The notes under the pieces were generated by a model that worked only from the letters and a program-made list of their open reading frames with translations, made no database searches and had not been told where the DNA came from. This document shows, piece by piece, positions 9,024-17,927 of a stretch of DNA of 64,000 nt; the first letter of the stretch is position 1; the number at the start of each line of letters is the position of its first letter. Source of the DNA: Thermoproteota archaeon (GTDB lineage Archaea; Asgardarchaeota; Njordarchaeia; Njordarchaeales; Panguiarchaeaceae); the NCBI GenBank assembly GCA_024720975.1, contig JANJXX010000001.1, positions 80,970-144,969 on the forward strand. Direction: 5' to 3'. Both the position numbers and the translations under genes were made by a program.

Positions 9024-9722
9024 CAGTGTCTCTATAGAGAAGTCTAGACATTGAAAGGCCTCCGATTAATTCATTTTAGTGCATTTGAGGAGATATAATG
9101 CAATCATTTTTGCAGTTACGACTGAAAGCCTCGCCTCCTAGGGCTTAGGATAATGTAGTGAGTTTTTTAATCGTATCTTCAGCGTGTTCTATTAATTTGG
9201 ATTGTATCCCCTGAGTCCTGCATTATGCAGGATAGAAGTAATGCGCTTAAACCGAGCACAGGGCTGAACCTGCGGGAGCCAGGAATGTAGCTCCAAACCT
9301 CCCCAGAACCCTCGCTCTTCAGAATGGGCGAGGAAGTCAGTGTTTTGCAACCGAGAAGGAATGCTTTCTAAACAGAAAGGTCATAAAAATAATGCGAGCA
9401 GAATTTGTGGGTACCTTGTTGATTATTTCAATCCAAACCCTGAGGATATCAAGGCCTTAAATATAGGTGCCCAAGAAGTTGAGGGTCCAGCTTCCTCAAA
9501 AGTCATCCTATCAATAGATTAAGGTTCGTATATCAAACTGCGCAACAAAGTATACCTAAATTGAGGATAGATGCCATAATTCTTTGGCAGGCCTAAGAGA
9601 AAGAATTCAGTCAGAATTACTTCTGGGAGAAAACTAGAAATATGAAATATTTAGCATTTAATTCAGATAAAACCAAAAAGCGTTGCAGGCCTTTTGATTT
9701 GTGCTGATTAACGGTGCTTTAG

Positions 9723-11006
9723 ATGCGACTGAGAGTTTGCAAGGGGCGCAATATCTTTCTTGTGGGTTACCTTAAGATAAGGGTTCTCTCTGGTACTATT
9801 GACATTTTTGGAAAAAAATTCAAGGAGAACGAAACTGCCGAGATCAAGCGATTAACCTCAGCACCCCTTGTTGCTTTAGAAGATTCTGATATTGAGATAG
9901 AATTCGGTCCTGATGGCTATATTGCTGGAGTTAACTTTGAGTTATTACCCCAGCAATGGAGAGAATGCGTCAATGAAATACTAGGATTAAAAGTCCCTGC
10001 AAAGGTCTTAGTTATAGCTGATGTCGATTCTGGAAAATCTGGATTTATTTGTTATGCTGCAAATTCAATTCTTGAGGCAGGCAAAAAAGTTGTGATAATT
10101 AACACTGACACTGGTCAGAGTGAAATGAACCCACCCACAACAATAGGCTTAGCATGCGTCGAGAATCAAATAATACATCTCTCCGAGCTTAAGCACGCGA
10201 AGGCTTTCTTCGTCGGTTCAACATCACCAGCAGGCCTATTCAACAGGTCTATAACTGGTGTCATAAAAATGTTACTAGAGGCACAAAAATTGAGTCCTGA
10301 TTTCATATTGATTAATACAACGGGTTGGGTTCATGGCCCAGGAGGTCGAGAGCTTAAAGAAACTAAATTGTTGGCTATAGACCCCGACTATATAGTATTC
10401 ATAGAGAAAGTGCCTGGAGAGTTGGAATATCTAACGACCATATCTAGTAAGCTAGGTAAAAGATTCAAGGTTATACCCGCTGCTCCGAGGCTAAGAACCC
10501 GAGGTCGAGAAGAAAGAAGAGATCTTCGTAAGCAATATTATACAAAAGAATTTGAAGGCGCTAGAGAGATATACATATCGACTGACGATGTAGCTTTTAT
10601 GTACTCGTACTTTGGCACTGGACTTCCGTTAGATGCCGAGGAGCTTATGATAATAGCACAAACACTCGGCTTCGTTCCGGAGTATTCAGAAAAGACACCG
10701 GATTTAATATTAATCATTACGGAGAGAAACATCCCTCAGGAGAAAACTGAGCTACTCTCAAAAAAACTTGGCAGGCAGGTAAGAATCTTACAACCATCCG
10801 CATTTGAGAATCTTCTAGTCGGCTTATTAGATGAAAATGCTAACTTGTTGGCATCAGGCATAATAAGAAGATTCGATCCTGCATCTAGAACACTTAGTAT
10901 ATTAACCAAAGTGGATCCAGAGAAAGTTCGCATAATTGCTCTTGGTAGAATAAAAGTCACGCAAGAAATGGAAGAAGTCGAGTGGTTAGAGCCCTGGTAT
11001 ATATAA
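9723..11006 (+). CDS. Clp1/Grc3-family polynucleotide 5'-hydroxyl kinase
   Basis: P-loop ADVDSGKSGF followed by INTDTGQSE (the Clp1 DxDxGQ motif). It has an N-terminal beta-rich domain and a C-terminal domain, and the length is typical of archaeal Clp1. The ATG is preceded by GGTGC plus 5 nt. Confidence 0.7.
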   Translation: MRLRVCKGRNIFLVGYLKIRVLSGTIDIFGKKFKENETAEIKRLTSAPLVALEDSDIEIEFGPDGYIAGVNFELLPQQWRECVNEILGLKVPAKVLVIADVDSGKSGFICYAANSILEAGKKVVIINTDTGQSEMNPPTTIGLACVENQIIHLSELKHAKAFFVGSTSPAGLFNRSITGVIKMLLEAQKLSPDFILINTTGWVHGPGGRELKETKLLAIDPDYIVFIEKVPGELEYLTTISSKLGKRFKVIPAAPRLRTRGREERRDLRKQYYTKEFEGAREIYISTDDVAFMYSYFGTGLPLDAEELMIIAQTLGFVPEYSEKTPDLILIITERNIPQEKTELLSKKLGRQVRILQPSAFENLLVGLLDENANLLASGIIRRFDPASRTLSILTKVDPEKVRIIALGRIKVTQEMEEVEWLEPWYI

Positions 11007-11105
11007 CATTAGAGTAATACATTAAATGTCTTCCCTTAAAAACCTAATTGAAATTTTATAATAGAAGTATTAAAATATGCTTGCGACGGCGAAGGGAGAA
11101 ACGGG

Positions 11106-11570
11106 ATGGGCATTATTAGCGTCCCCAAGAAAGTTTACATAGCAACAGTTTCAGCTGAGGGTGATACTCCTCTCAATGCCTTCGACAACTGCTTGGTCAA
11201 AGCTGGACTAGGAAACGTTAGCTTAATCAAGGTAACTTCAGTACTTCCACCAAAGATAAAAATCCTAGAAAAACCTCCCAAGTACCCTCCAGGTTCAAAT
11301 GTTCCATCAATTTACGCATATACAATTTCAAGCGAACCTGGGTCTATAATTTCGGCTGCAGTAGCATTGGCTCCGACTGAAAATTTAACTCTCGTAGCCG
11401 AACACACGGCTATAGGCAAAGAAGAGAAACAAGTCCAGGAGGAAGTAATAGAGATAGTCAAAGAAATGGCCCGCTCTAGGAACTTGAAGATTGAAAACAT
11501 AATCGTAAAGTCTGTTGCTCATAAAGTTGAGAAGGTTGGTTGTGCTCTGGTAGTTGTTGCTCAGATGTAG
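11106..11570 (+). CDS. pdaD: Pyruvoyl-dependent arginine decarboxylase
   Basis: Near-collinear with remembered PdaD sequences: GDTPLNAFDNCLVKAGLGNVSLIKVTSVLPP ... PGSIISAAVALAP ... HKVEKVGCALVVVA. Confidence 0.85.
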   Translation: MGIISVPKKVYIATVSAEGDTPLNAFDNCLVKAGLGNVSLIKVTSVLPPKIKILEKPPKYPPGSNVPSIYAYTISSEPGSIISAAVALAPTENLTLVAEHTAIGKEEKQVQEEVIEIVKEMARSRNLKIENIIVKSVAHKVEKVGCALVVVAQM

Positions 11571-11640
11571 AATCGAAAGAATTCATCTATTCAATTATTT
11601 TTTATTTTGCTTACCTTTATTGTCTATCCATTATGTCTTC

Positions 11641-12246
11641 TTAGAATAAAAACTTAGCAAGCTCATACGCTAGAAGCGCGTCCTCCTTTCTTGGAAAGCG
11701 CGCTTCTAGCATAGACATAAGCTCTTTCTGTTTTTTCTTAACACTTTCTGCTAGTTCTTTCTTTTTCTTCGGGTCCGTCTCCGTCATCTCCATTTCTATT
11801 AACTCTCTTAGGTGTCTATAGTGCTCCTTTATTACATCAAGCGCAAGTAGTACATCAGCTATATGTACGGCAATTCTTTTGACGGGATCTCTCGCACGCA
11901 CTCTCCACATGGATTCTATGAACACTGTAAGCATATCCAAGACAGGTGAGCGAAGGTTACGATCTTGCTTAACGAAAATGAGCCTCCTACCCGAATATTC
12001 CTCCCAATTCATGTAGTAGCTATCTGCTGGTACTACTTTAAAGTCCTTTAATTTAATTGTTGACGATGCACATCTGCGCAATTCGTACTGATCTTTAAGT
12101 TCAAGTAGTACTTCAGTTAAAGCTTCTTTCTCCTCTTCACTATCGACTATTAAATAGACGATATCAGTATTCTCAATTATCAGGGATAGTATTGCATAGC
12201 TGATGCCGCGAGGATGGAGCTCACCGATAACTTCAAACAACGCCAT
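11641..12246 (-). CDS. Hypothetical protein (N-terminal alpha/beta domain plus C-terminal charged coiled coil), co-transcribed with the wHTH-Roadblock gene
   Basis: The ATG at 12246 is preceded by GGTGT plus 6 nt and lies 12 nt after the upstream stop. Motifs weakly reminiscent of degenerate GTPase elements (IGELHPRGIS, IVYLIVDSEEE, LIFVKQD) are present, but no complete P-loop. Confidence 0.55.
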   Translation of the reverse strand: MALFEVIGELHPRGISYAILSLIIENTDIVYLIVDSEEEKEALTEVLLELKDQYELRRCASSTIKLKDFKVVPADSYYMNWEEYSGRRLIFVKQDRNLRSPVLDMLTVFIESMWRVRARDPVKRIAVHIADVLLALDVIKEHYRHLRELIEMEMTETDPKKKKELAESVKKKQKELMSMLEARFPRKEDALLAYELAKFLF

Positions 12247-12258
12247 TGCGGAACACCG

Positions 12259-13164
12259 TTATGTAGAGAGTATCTCCACGATCTCATTTCTCATACTCAT
12301 AAAGTCGCGTATCATGAGACCTACGGGTACCTCCGCTGAGAATATGGCCACGATTACTGTTTCTCTTGGAAGTTCTGATAGAACTAAATAGCCCAAATCT
12401 GAATTGATAATTATCTCCTTTAGTTGTTCGAGAGCCATACTGGATACTACGTGCAGCGCGTGCTTCACGATAACAGTCGATGCTGCAGCAATTTCAACAT
12501 CGGCTAGGGCTATGTCACGATACATCGAGAGCAGTGTCACGTTGCCCTCACGAGAGAGCACAGCGGCAGCTTTCAAGTACTCATTTATTGCAAAATATCG
12601 CTCGAGTATCCTTGATTCTTTAACTATGTTAATTTTTTCCTGGAGCTCCTGGGGAACTAATGCCACAAAAGCCGCTCCAGCAATTTCAGCGTGGACCCCT
12701 GCTGTTATTGGTACTTCTGGCACTGGGATTTCAATAGATTTTCCTTCAATTTCAAGGGATATTGGGGCACTCTCAAGTGGAGGTCGCTCTCTCGGAGTAA
12801 CAGTCTCTATAGTTGGCGTCATTACCTTAGTTTCAACTGCAACTGTGATAGCTTCAGGCGGCTTAGTCGTTATAACCCTTAAATATCCTTCCGCTCTCAG
12901 TCTCTCCAGTATTGACCACATGTCGTATGACGATATGGGAATACCTTTATCCCTCATTTTTTTAGTTATTTCATCTACGCTTGACTTTCCTAGCATCCCC
13001 ACTAATTCTTCAGCGTCACTGGGGAGAATTCTAAGGCGCCTTACAGTTTTTAGTATCCTATCTATCAATTCATCACGACTTACCCAGGGACTCGAGTCGT
13101 AAACTTGATGTGTCCTTTGTTCGTGTTTCTTGCGAGTTACTATTGAGGTTTCACTTGCACTCAC
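12259..13164 (-). CDS. Winged-helix plus Roadblock/LC7 (MglB-like) domain protein
   Basis: The N-terminal region (MWSILERLRAEGYLRVI) looks like a wHTH. The C-terminal ~100 aa (AAAVLSREGNVTLLSMYRDIALADVEIAAASTVIVKHALHVVSSMALEQLKEIIINSDLGYLVLSELPRETVIVAIFSAEVPVGLM) follows the Roadblock/LC7 pattern. Confidence 0.65.
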   Translation of the reverse strand: MSASETSIVTRKKHEQRTHQVYDSSPWVSRDELIDRILKTVRRLRILPSDAEELVGMLGKSSVDEITKKMRDKGIPISSYDMWSILERLRAEGYLRVITTKPPEAITVAVETKVMTPTIETVTPRERPPLESAPISLEIEGKSIEIPVPEVPITAGVHAEIAGAAFVALVPQELQEKINIVKESRILERYFAINEYLKAAAVLSREGNVTLLSMYRDIALADVEIAAASTVIVKHALHVVSSMALEQLKEIIINSDLGYLVLSELPRETVIVAIFSAEVPVGLMIRDFMSMRNEIVEILST

Positions 13165-13644
13165 AGAGTTCCCCCAGGAATTACTCTTATATAGCTATCA
13201 GTCATCTATTAATACCTGACTTAAAAGAATATTTAAAGGCTGAGGTTCAGAGTCTGCCCCCATTCTAGGAAAACCAAACAACAAGAGTTGCTCCTTTTTA
13301 CACCAAAGATCGTAAAATGAGAGTCTTATCATTGACCTAGTTGCTTAAGACGAATAACTGCTCATGAGATTTTAGGTCTTTATTACCTTGAATAATTAAA
13401 ACTGGAGAAGAATGCAATAATGAAAACGGAGCAATATTCGCAATATACTGACATAGTTAAAATCTCACGAAGCGAATTGGTAAAGTCTCACTAATCAAGT
13501 TAGTTATGCAAAATTGGGCCACCGTCATCCTGTATTGGATGACTTGAGCATAGTCTATTCCTAAATGTCGTGTGTCAAGGCGCATTTTTATTCAAAACTT
13601 AGAATTTTCTAAAGAGTATTAAAGGCTGCCGTTGGTGAAGCATT

Positions 13645-13788
13645 ATGGCAGAAGAAAGGTTAAAGAGAATACTGGATAGACTTGAGGAGCTCTCTGAGGA
13701 AATCGCCGACCTTAAAGAAAGAGTAGAGCTCTTGGAAGATACCTTGAAGAAATTGCAGGAACTTATAGAAAAAGGAGCTAAAGGGTGA
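13645..13788 (+). CDS. 47-aa coiled-coil micro-protein (missing from the ORF track)
   Basis: The ATG at 13645 is preceded by GGTGA (13634-13638) plus a 6-nt spacer. It encodes MAEERLKRILDRLEELSEEIADLKERVELLEDTLKKLQELIEKGAKG. Its TGA stop is embedded in the GGGTGA SD of the downstream peptidase gene. Confidence 0.6.
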   Translation: MAEERLKRILDRLEELSEEIADLKERVELLEDTLKKLQELIEKGAKG

Positions 13789-13794
13789 ACGGCA

Positions 13795-14838
13795 CTGTCC
13801 ATCAATATTGACATTATTAGAAGGTTAAGTGAGGCCTTTGGACCGAGCGGCTACGAAGATGATGTAAGAGAGATACTAATAGAGGAGCTTTCTAAGGCTG
13901 ACGTTCAATATGAAATCGATAGTGTAGGTAACTTAATAGCGAAGAAATTCTACGCTGAAAACAAGCCAACTGTAATTCTAGATGCCCACATTGATGAGGT
14001 AGGACTTTTAATAATGCACATTGACGATAATGGCTTCCTGAGATTTGAGCCACTCGGAGGAATTGATGATAGAGTTTTACCTTCTCAGAGCGTAGTCATT
14101 AAGGGTACGAAAGGTTTTGTCTATGGAATAATAGGAGCAAAGCCACCACATCTGCTCGAGAGGGAGGAAATGGAGAGGGTACTACCATACAAATCACTTT
14201 TTATTGATATTGGTGTATCATCCCGCGAGGAAGCTGCTAAAATCGGCGTAGAGGAAGGTTCCCCAGTAACATTCAACACACCGTTCATCAGACAGGGTAA
14301 TAGTATACTTGGAAAAGCATTTGATGATCGCTTGGGAGTATACGTTGTTCTGGAAGTTCTAAAATCGTCTTATGACATACCTGTGAATATAATTGGAGTC
14401 TTTAGCACACAGGAAGAATTTGGCCTCAGAGGCGCACAAGTTGCCTCATTCAAACTTAAGGCGGACTATGCACTTGCACTAGAGTGTACAGCAGCTGCTG
14501 ATACTCCTGGAACGCCACCACATGAGATGTCTACGCGCTTAAGAAAGGGTCCTGCTATCACGATTGCTGATCGAGCATCAATTTCGAGTCCAACTTTAGT
14601 TAGAATGCTTATTGATATTGCAAAGAATAATGGAATCCCGTACCAATTTAAGGGCAGAAAGGTTGGAGGAACAGATGCATGCATGTACAGGTATTCTCCT
14701 TTAGGAATTCATGCCGCAACGGTAAGTATTCCTGCCAGATACATTCACTCGAGCCTAGCTGTTGCAGATATTTCTGATATTGAGAACACACTAAAGCTAG
14801 TTATGAGATTCTTAGAACACATTTCAGGGACAAGGTGA
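13795..14838 (+). CDS. M42-family (TET/FrvX-type) aminopeptidase, CTG start
   Basis: The tracked ORF (14014..) lacks the conserved N-terminus. The same frame is open from 13789 and encodes SINIDIIRRLSEAFGPSGYEDDVREILIEEL...LDAHIDEVG, the typical M42 N-terminal region including the first metal-ligand His. The only plausible start is the CTG at 13795, 6 nt after GGGTGA. The total is 347 aa, the expected size. Confidence 0.85.
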   Translation: MSINIDIIRRLSEAFGPSGYEDDVREILIEELSKADVQYEIDSVGNLIAKKFYAENKPTVILDAHIDEVGLLIMHIDDNGFLRFEPLGGIDDRVLPSQSVVIKGTKGFVYGIIGAKPPHLLEREEMERVLPYKSLFIDIGVSSREEAAKIGVEEGSPVTFNTPFIRQGNSILGKAFDDRLGVYVVLEVLKSSYDIPVNIIGVFSTQEEFGLRGAQVASFKLKADYALALECTAAADTPGTPPHEMSTRLRKGPAITIADRASISSPTLVRMLIDIAKNNGIPYQFKGRKVGGTDACMYRYSPLGIHAATVSIPARYIHSSLAVADISDIENTLKLVMRFLEHISGTR

Positions 14839-14877
14839 TACTATTCTCCATTTATTGATACCGGGTGCGTCTAAAGG

Positions 14878-15633
14878 ATGCGCGCATGGATAATAAGCAT
14901 TGGAGATGAAATTCTTGCTGGCAAAGTGATTGACTGGAATGCTTACTGGATTGCAAAGCGTCTGACAAGCATAGGCATTCAAGTGAGAAGAATCGTTAGC
15001 ATTCCGGACGACCCAGAAATACTTGCAGAGGTGATAAGAGAAGCGACAAATAATGCGGAATTAATAATAACAACTGGGGGATTAGGTCCAACTCCTGGCG
15101 ATATAACTGTCGAAGGACTATGCAAGGCAACTGGTAGAGAAATTGTGCTGGATCCTAAAGCCCTTGAATTCGTTAAGAGAAGATATCAGGAGCTACATAG
15201 TTTAGGTTTAGTAGACTCTCCTAACATAAACAAGGCAAGGGAAAAAATGGCTTGGATACCAAAAGGCGCTGAAATCGAGTACAATGATGTTGGAGTCGCC
15301 CCAGCAATAATTTTGAATACAGGATTAACAACAATAATAGCACTACCTGGTCCTCCACCAGAGTGTATGTACTTATTCGAAAAGATAGTTCCACGTATAC
15401 GACCTCCAAAGGAACTTTTCACAATCGAGAAGCTCATCGAAATATCAGATGAAAGCGAAGTTGCAGAACTCTTGCTTAAGGTAAGGCAGATATACCCGGA
15501 TGTGCATATAAAAACGTATCCGATTGGTTTTGGTCAGAATAAAATGCAAATCATCGTTATGGCTGACACTAAAGAGAAAGCTAGCGGTGCTCTAGAGATG
15601 CTCACTAAGCTTCTTAAAACCCAGTTGAATTGA
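14878..15633 (+). CDS. CinA-N / MoaB-MogA-like molybdopterin-binding (MoCF_biosynth) domain protein
   Basis: IISIGDEILAGKVIDWNAYWIAKRL...LIITTGGLGPTPGDIT is the canonical MoCF/CinA N-terminal domain signature. Confidence 0.8.
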   Translation: MRAWIISIGDEILAGKVIDWNAYWIAKRLTSIGIQVRRIVSIPDDPEILAEVIREATNNAELIITTGGLGPTPGDITVEGLCKATGREIVLDPKALEFVKRRYQELHSLGLVDSPNINKAREKMAWIPKGAEIEYNDVGVAPAIILNTGLTTIIALPGPPPECMYLFEKIVPRIRPPKELFTIEKLIEISDESEVAELLLKVRQIYPDVHIKTYPIGFGQNKMQIIVMADTKEKASGALEMLTKLLKTQLN

Positions 15634-15696
15634 TGAGTAATTACTCTGTCTAACGGGAAAGTGATAAACAATTAGTATTAGTTCACTCATCTATCA

Positions 15697-17775
15697 CTAC
15701 AAAGTTAACTCGTCTATTATATTTCTTGCTAGAACCGGATCTATATTCTTAATGGCTCTTAGAAAGTCGCCTGACAGATCCTCTCTCTGTATTTTCTTCT
15801 CATCAACCAACACATTGATTACATTCATCAGAAGCTTTCTGGCTATAATTCTGCTACGTATTTTACTGAGAGCGTTAGTGAGAAGCTTTGTATATCTTCC
15901 ATGCTCTATGTACTCACTAAGATCTACGATGATTTTGCTTAGCGTGTCCCTCAGAGAACCGCCCACTTTAAAGCAAACTTCAACAAGAGATCCGATCACA
16001 TCACCAATGAGTTCAGTTAGAGAGCCATTTTTTGCCAATCGCTCCAGTAACTTTTCATCTTTAAAACGCCACATGTTTTTATCATAGATGAACAGTTTAT
16101 CAATAACGCCCTTAGCAATGCTTGCAGCTTTTGAGGGATCTCCTTTAGATATCCCATGAGCGAATGATGCGTAGATTAGTGCATCGTAAATCCGGTTTAT
16201 GAGGCTTTCGGTTTTAAGTGCCTTACCTAATTCTTGAAGAAGCCTATACGAGGTTTCGCTTAAGGCCTCATAAAATGCTGGAATTGGCTTGACAGATGCA
16301 AGTGCTTTTCCTAGATTTCTGCTAAGTGTTTTAATATGCACGGACTTGTACGTGCCCTTCCCCTTGATACCAATCATACAAGTTCTAAATATCATCTCAA
16401 TAATGCTTTCAGCTTTAGAGATGATCTTTCTTGATTCGTGTGGAAGAACATATGCCGCTTCCAATAATGCGGGAATGCATCCCAGGATACTGTCTATATG
16501 AGAGATATTCTCGCTAATAAGAGTGCGACTATACTGCGTTAGAGTACTGTCTTCAATAACATTCCTGATTGTGAGTATTGATTCTCCAGCTAGAGTGCTC
16601 GCCCAGTTCGTTGATATTGGCAGTGCTATATGACTACAAGTTGCCAGGAGTCTGGCCTTTGAACAAGAGCTCTGAATCTTACTTGTCATCGGTAGAATCC
16701 AATCTTTTATGATTTCATAAGCAACGTAATAATATCGTGCTTTAATAATGAGCCTAAGAATGTCCCTGATCGTTGATATCCCTTTTTCCACGCCGAGGGT
16801 TTCAATGAGAATTGCTACACTCTCATAGAATAGTTTGTCACTATCGATATAAAATTTCGTGAAGGCTTTGTCATATGCAATTCTACCAATTACATATGCG
16901 GCTTTTTTTGGATTATCAGATATGTGCTTGAATGCCAGTTCAGCAGCTTCATTGAATTTCTCATTAGCTAAGTTTACGGTGTCTTCGCCAGTTATTGCAA
17001 GCACTGTTGATGAGTCTGCTAGTAGTAAAGCCTTCTCGTACCAATTACTGGTTTTTTCGGCTTCATTTAAACTATCAAGAGCTAGTCTCTGAGCTTGATT
17101 TACATCAAACCACTCTGCTATTGTTCCACGATTTACAATTGTATGAAACATTGTAGCTCCAAAACCTAAGTTCGCATATATTATTCCGCGCGTAAAGGAG
17201 TTTTGTATAAGGTCTGCTTCGGATAGATTTTTCCCTACGACTTGAGCAAAAGCACTTGCTATTTGACCTACGACTTCATCGGGCAGGTTTACGAATTCTC
17301 TCCTGATCAGTCTATTTATTGAACCTAAGTTGCTTAAAACCATTCGTATAGCAACGCTTCTAGATACCGGATCTTTAATAAGATCTATTAGTTCGGTTGT
17401 CTTTCTCACGATAGATAATGCATTCTTATAGTCTCCTAACGCCAAATTAGCTGCTGTTATCACTGACAAACTTTCTGCCTTAAGCTCATTTGGAGCCTTT
17501 GAGCTCTCAATATACACTTTCATTTCGTTCAAAGTCTGGCTTATGGTAGAAACAACCTCTTCATCTACAACACTAGAATCTTCTAATCTGTAGAGTAGAC
17601 TAACCTTATTTATCGCAGAGTTTACACTTAGGCTAAGCATGTTAGGGAAAAAGCGCGAGAAAGTTCTAAGAAAGGTAACCTGCTCAGATAGCATACTTGT
17701 TAATGGCTTAAGATCCTTCAATATAAGCTTCCTAAAATGTTGTACTAGGTCAACATCTTTTTTTTCATTAACCAT
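15697..17775 (-). CDS. Large (692 aa) all-alpha solenoid protein, function unknown
   Basis: Uninterrupted ORF with helical-repeat-like composition throughout and no catalytic motif recognised. The antisense ORFs are short and low complexity. Confidence 0.6.
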   Translation of the reverse strand: MVNEKKDVDLVQHFRKLILKDLKPLTSMLSEQVTFLRTFSRFFPNMLSLSVNSAINKVSLLYRLEDSSVVDEEVVSTISQTLNEMKVYIESSKAPNELKAESLSVITAANLALGDYKNALSIVRKTTELIDLIKDPVSRSVAIRMVLSNLGSINRLIRREFVNLPDEVVGQIASAFAQVVGKNLSEADLIQNSFTRGIIYANLGFGATMFHTIVNRGTIAEWFDVNQAQRLALDSLNEAEKTSNWYEKALLLADSSTVLAITGEDTVNLANEKFNEAAELAFKHISDNPKKAAYVIGRIAYDKAFTKFYIDSDKLFYESVAILIETLGVEKGISTIRDILRLIIKARYYYVAYEIIKDWILPMTSKIQSSCSKARLLATCSHIALPISTNWASTLAGESILTIRNVIEDSTLTQYSRTLISENISHIDSILGCIPALLEAAYVLPHESRKIISKAESIIEMIFRTCMIGIKGKGTYKSVHIKTLSRNLGKALASVKPIPAFYEALSETSYRLLQELGKALKTESLINRIYDALIYASFAHGISKGDPSKAASIAKGVIDKLFIYDKNMWRFKDEKLLERLAKNGSLTELIGDVIGSLVEVCFKVGGSLRDTLSKIIVDLSEYIEHGRYTKLLTNALSKIRSRIIARKLLMNVINVLVDEKKIQREDLSGDFLRAIKNIDPVLARNIIDELTL

Positions 17776-17927
17776 GAATAGAGCACCTAATCTGATTTTA
17801 CTCTATTGTTAAATGAATATAAAGAGCACTGGAATGTATTTTCGAGACCGTCACGTTGGTCAGTGAGAAGTCGCAGTGCATTTAAAAAAGAAGTATGCCT
17901 TGCTAATTATAACGCTTTACTTACTTC

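Noticed and set aside
9127-9134. 8-nt complementarity between the second guide of the candidate C/D sRNA (GCGAGGCU) and AGCCUCGC in the nearby intergenic region.
   Set aside because: The match is too short (8 bp, then a mismatch) and is expected by chance at the percent level in a 700-nt region. Real targets should be sought in rRNA and tRNA.
9340-9522. 60-aa ORF inside the large intergenic region.
   Set aside because: It has no SD at the expected spacing, and it overlaps the hairpin-rich patch that is more plausibly RNA or regulatory sequence.
9450-9545. GGTTCG (T-loop-like) and GGTGCCCAAG strings, which could suggest a tRNA.
   Set aside because: I could not build an acceptor stem, anticodon stem or D-arm around them. 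The T-loop consensus GGTTCGAATCC is not met.
13786-13788. In-frame TGA between the micro-ORF and the M42 peptidase, as possible recoding (Sec or readthrough) or an alternative genetic code.
   Set aside because: TGA clearly terminates other genes in the window (for example at 3040..3042 and 14836..14838). A CTG start with perfect SD spacing explains the peptidase N-terminus more simply. Readthrough is kept only as a minor possibility.
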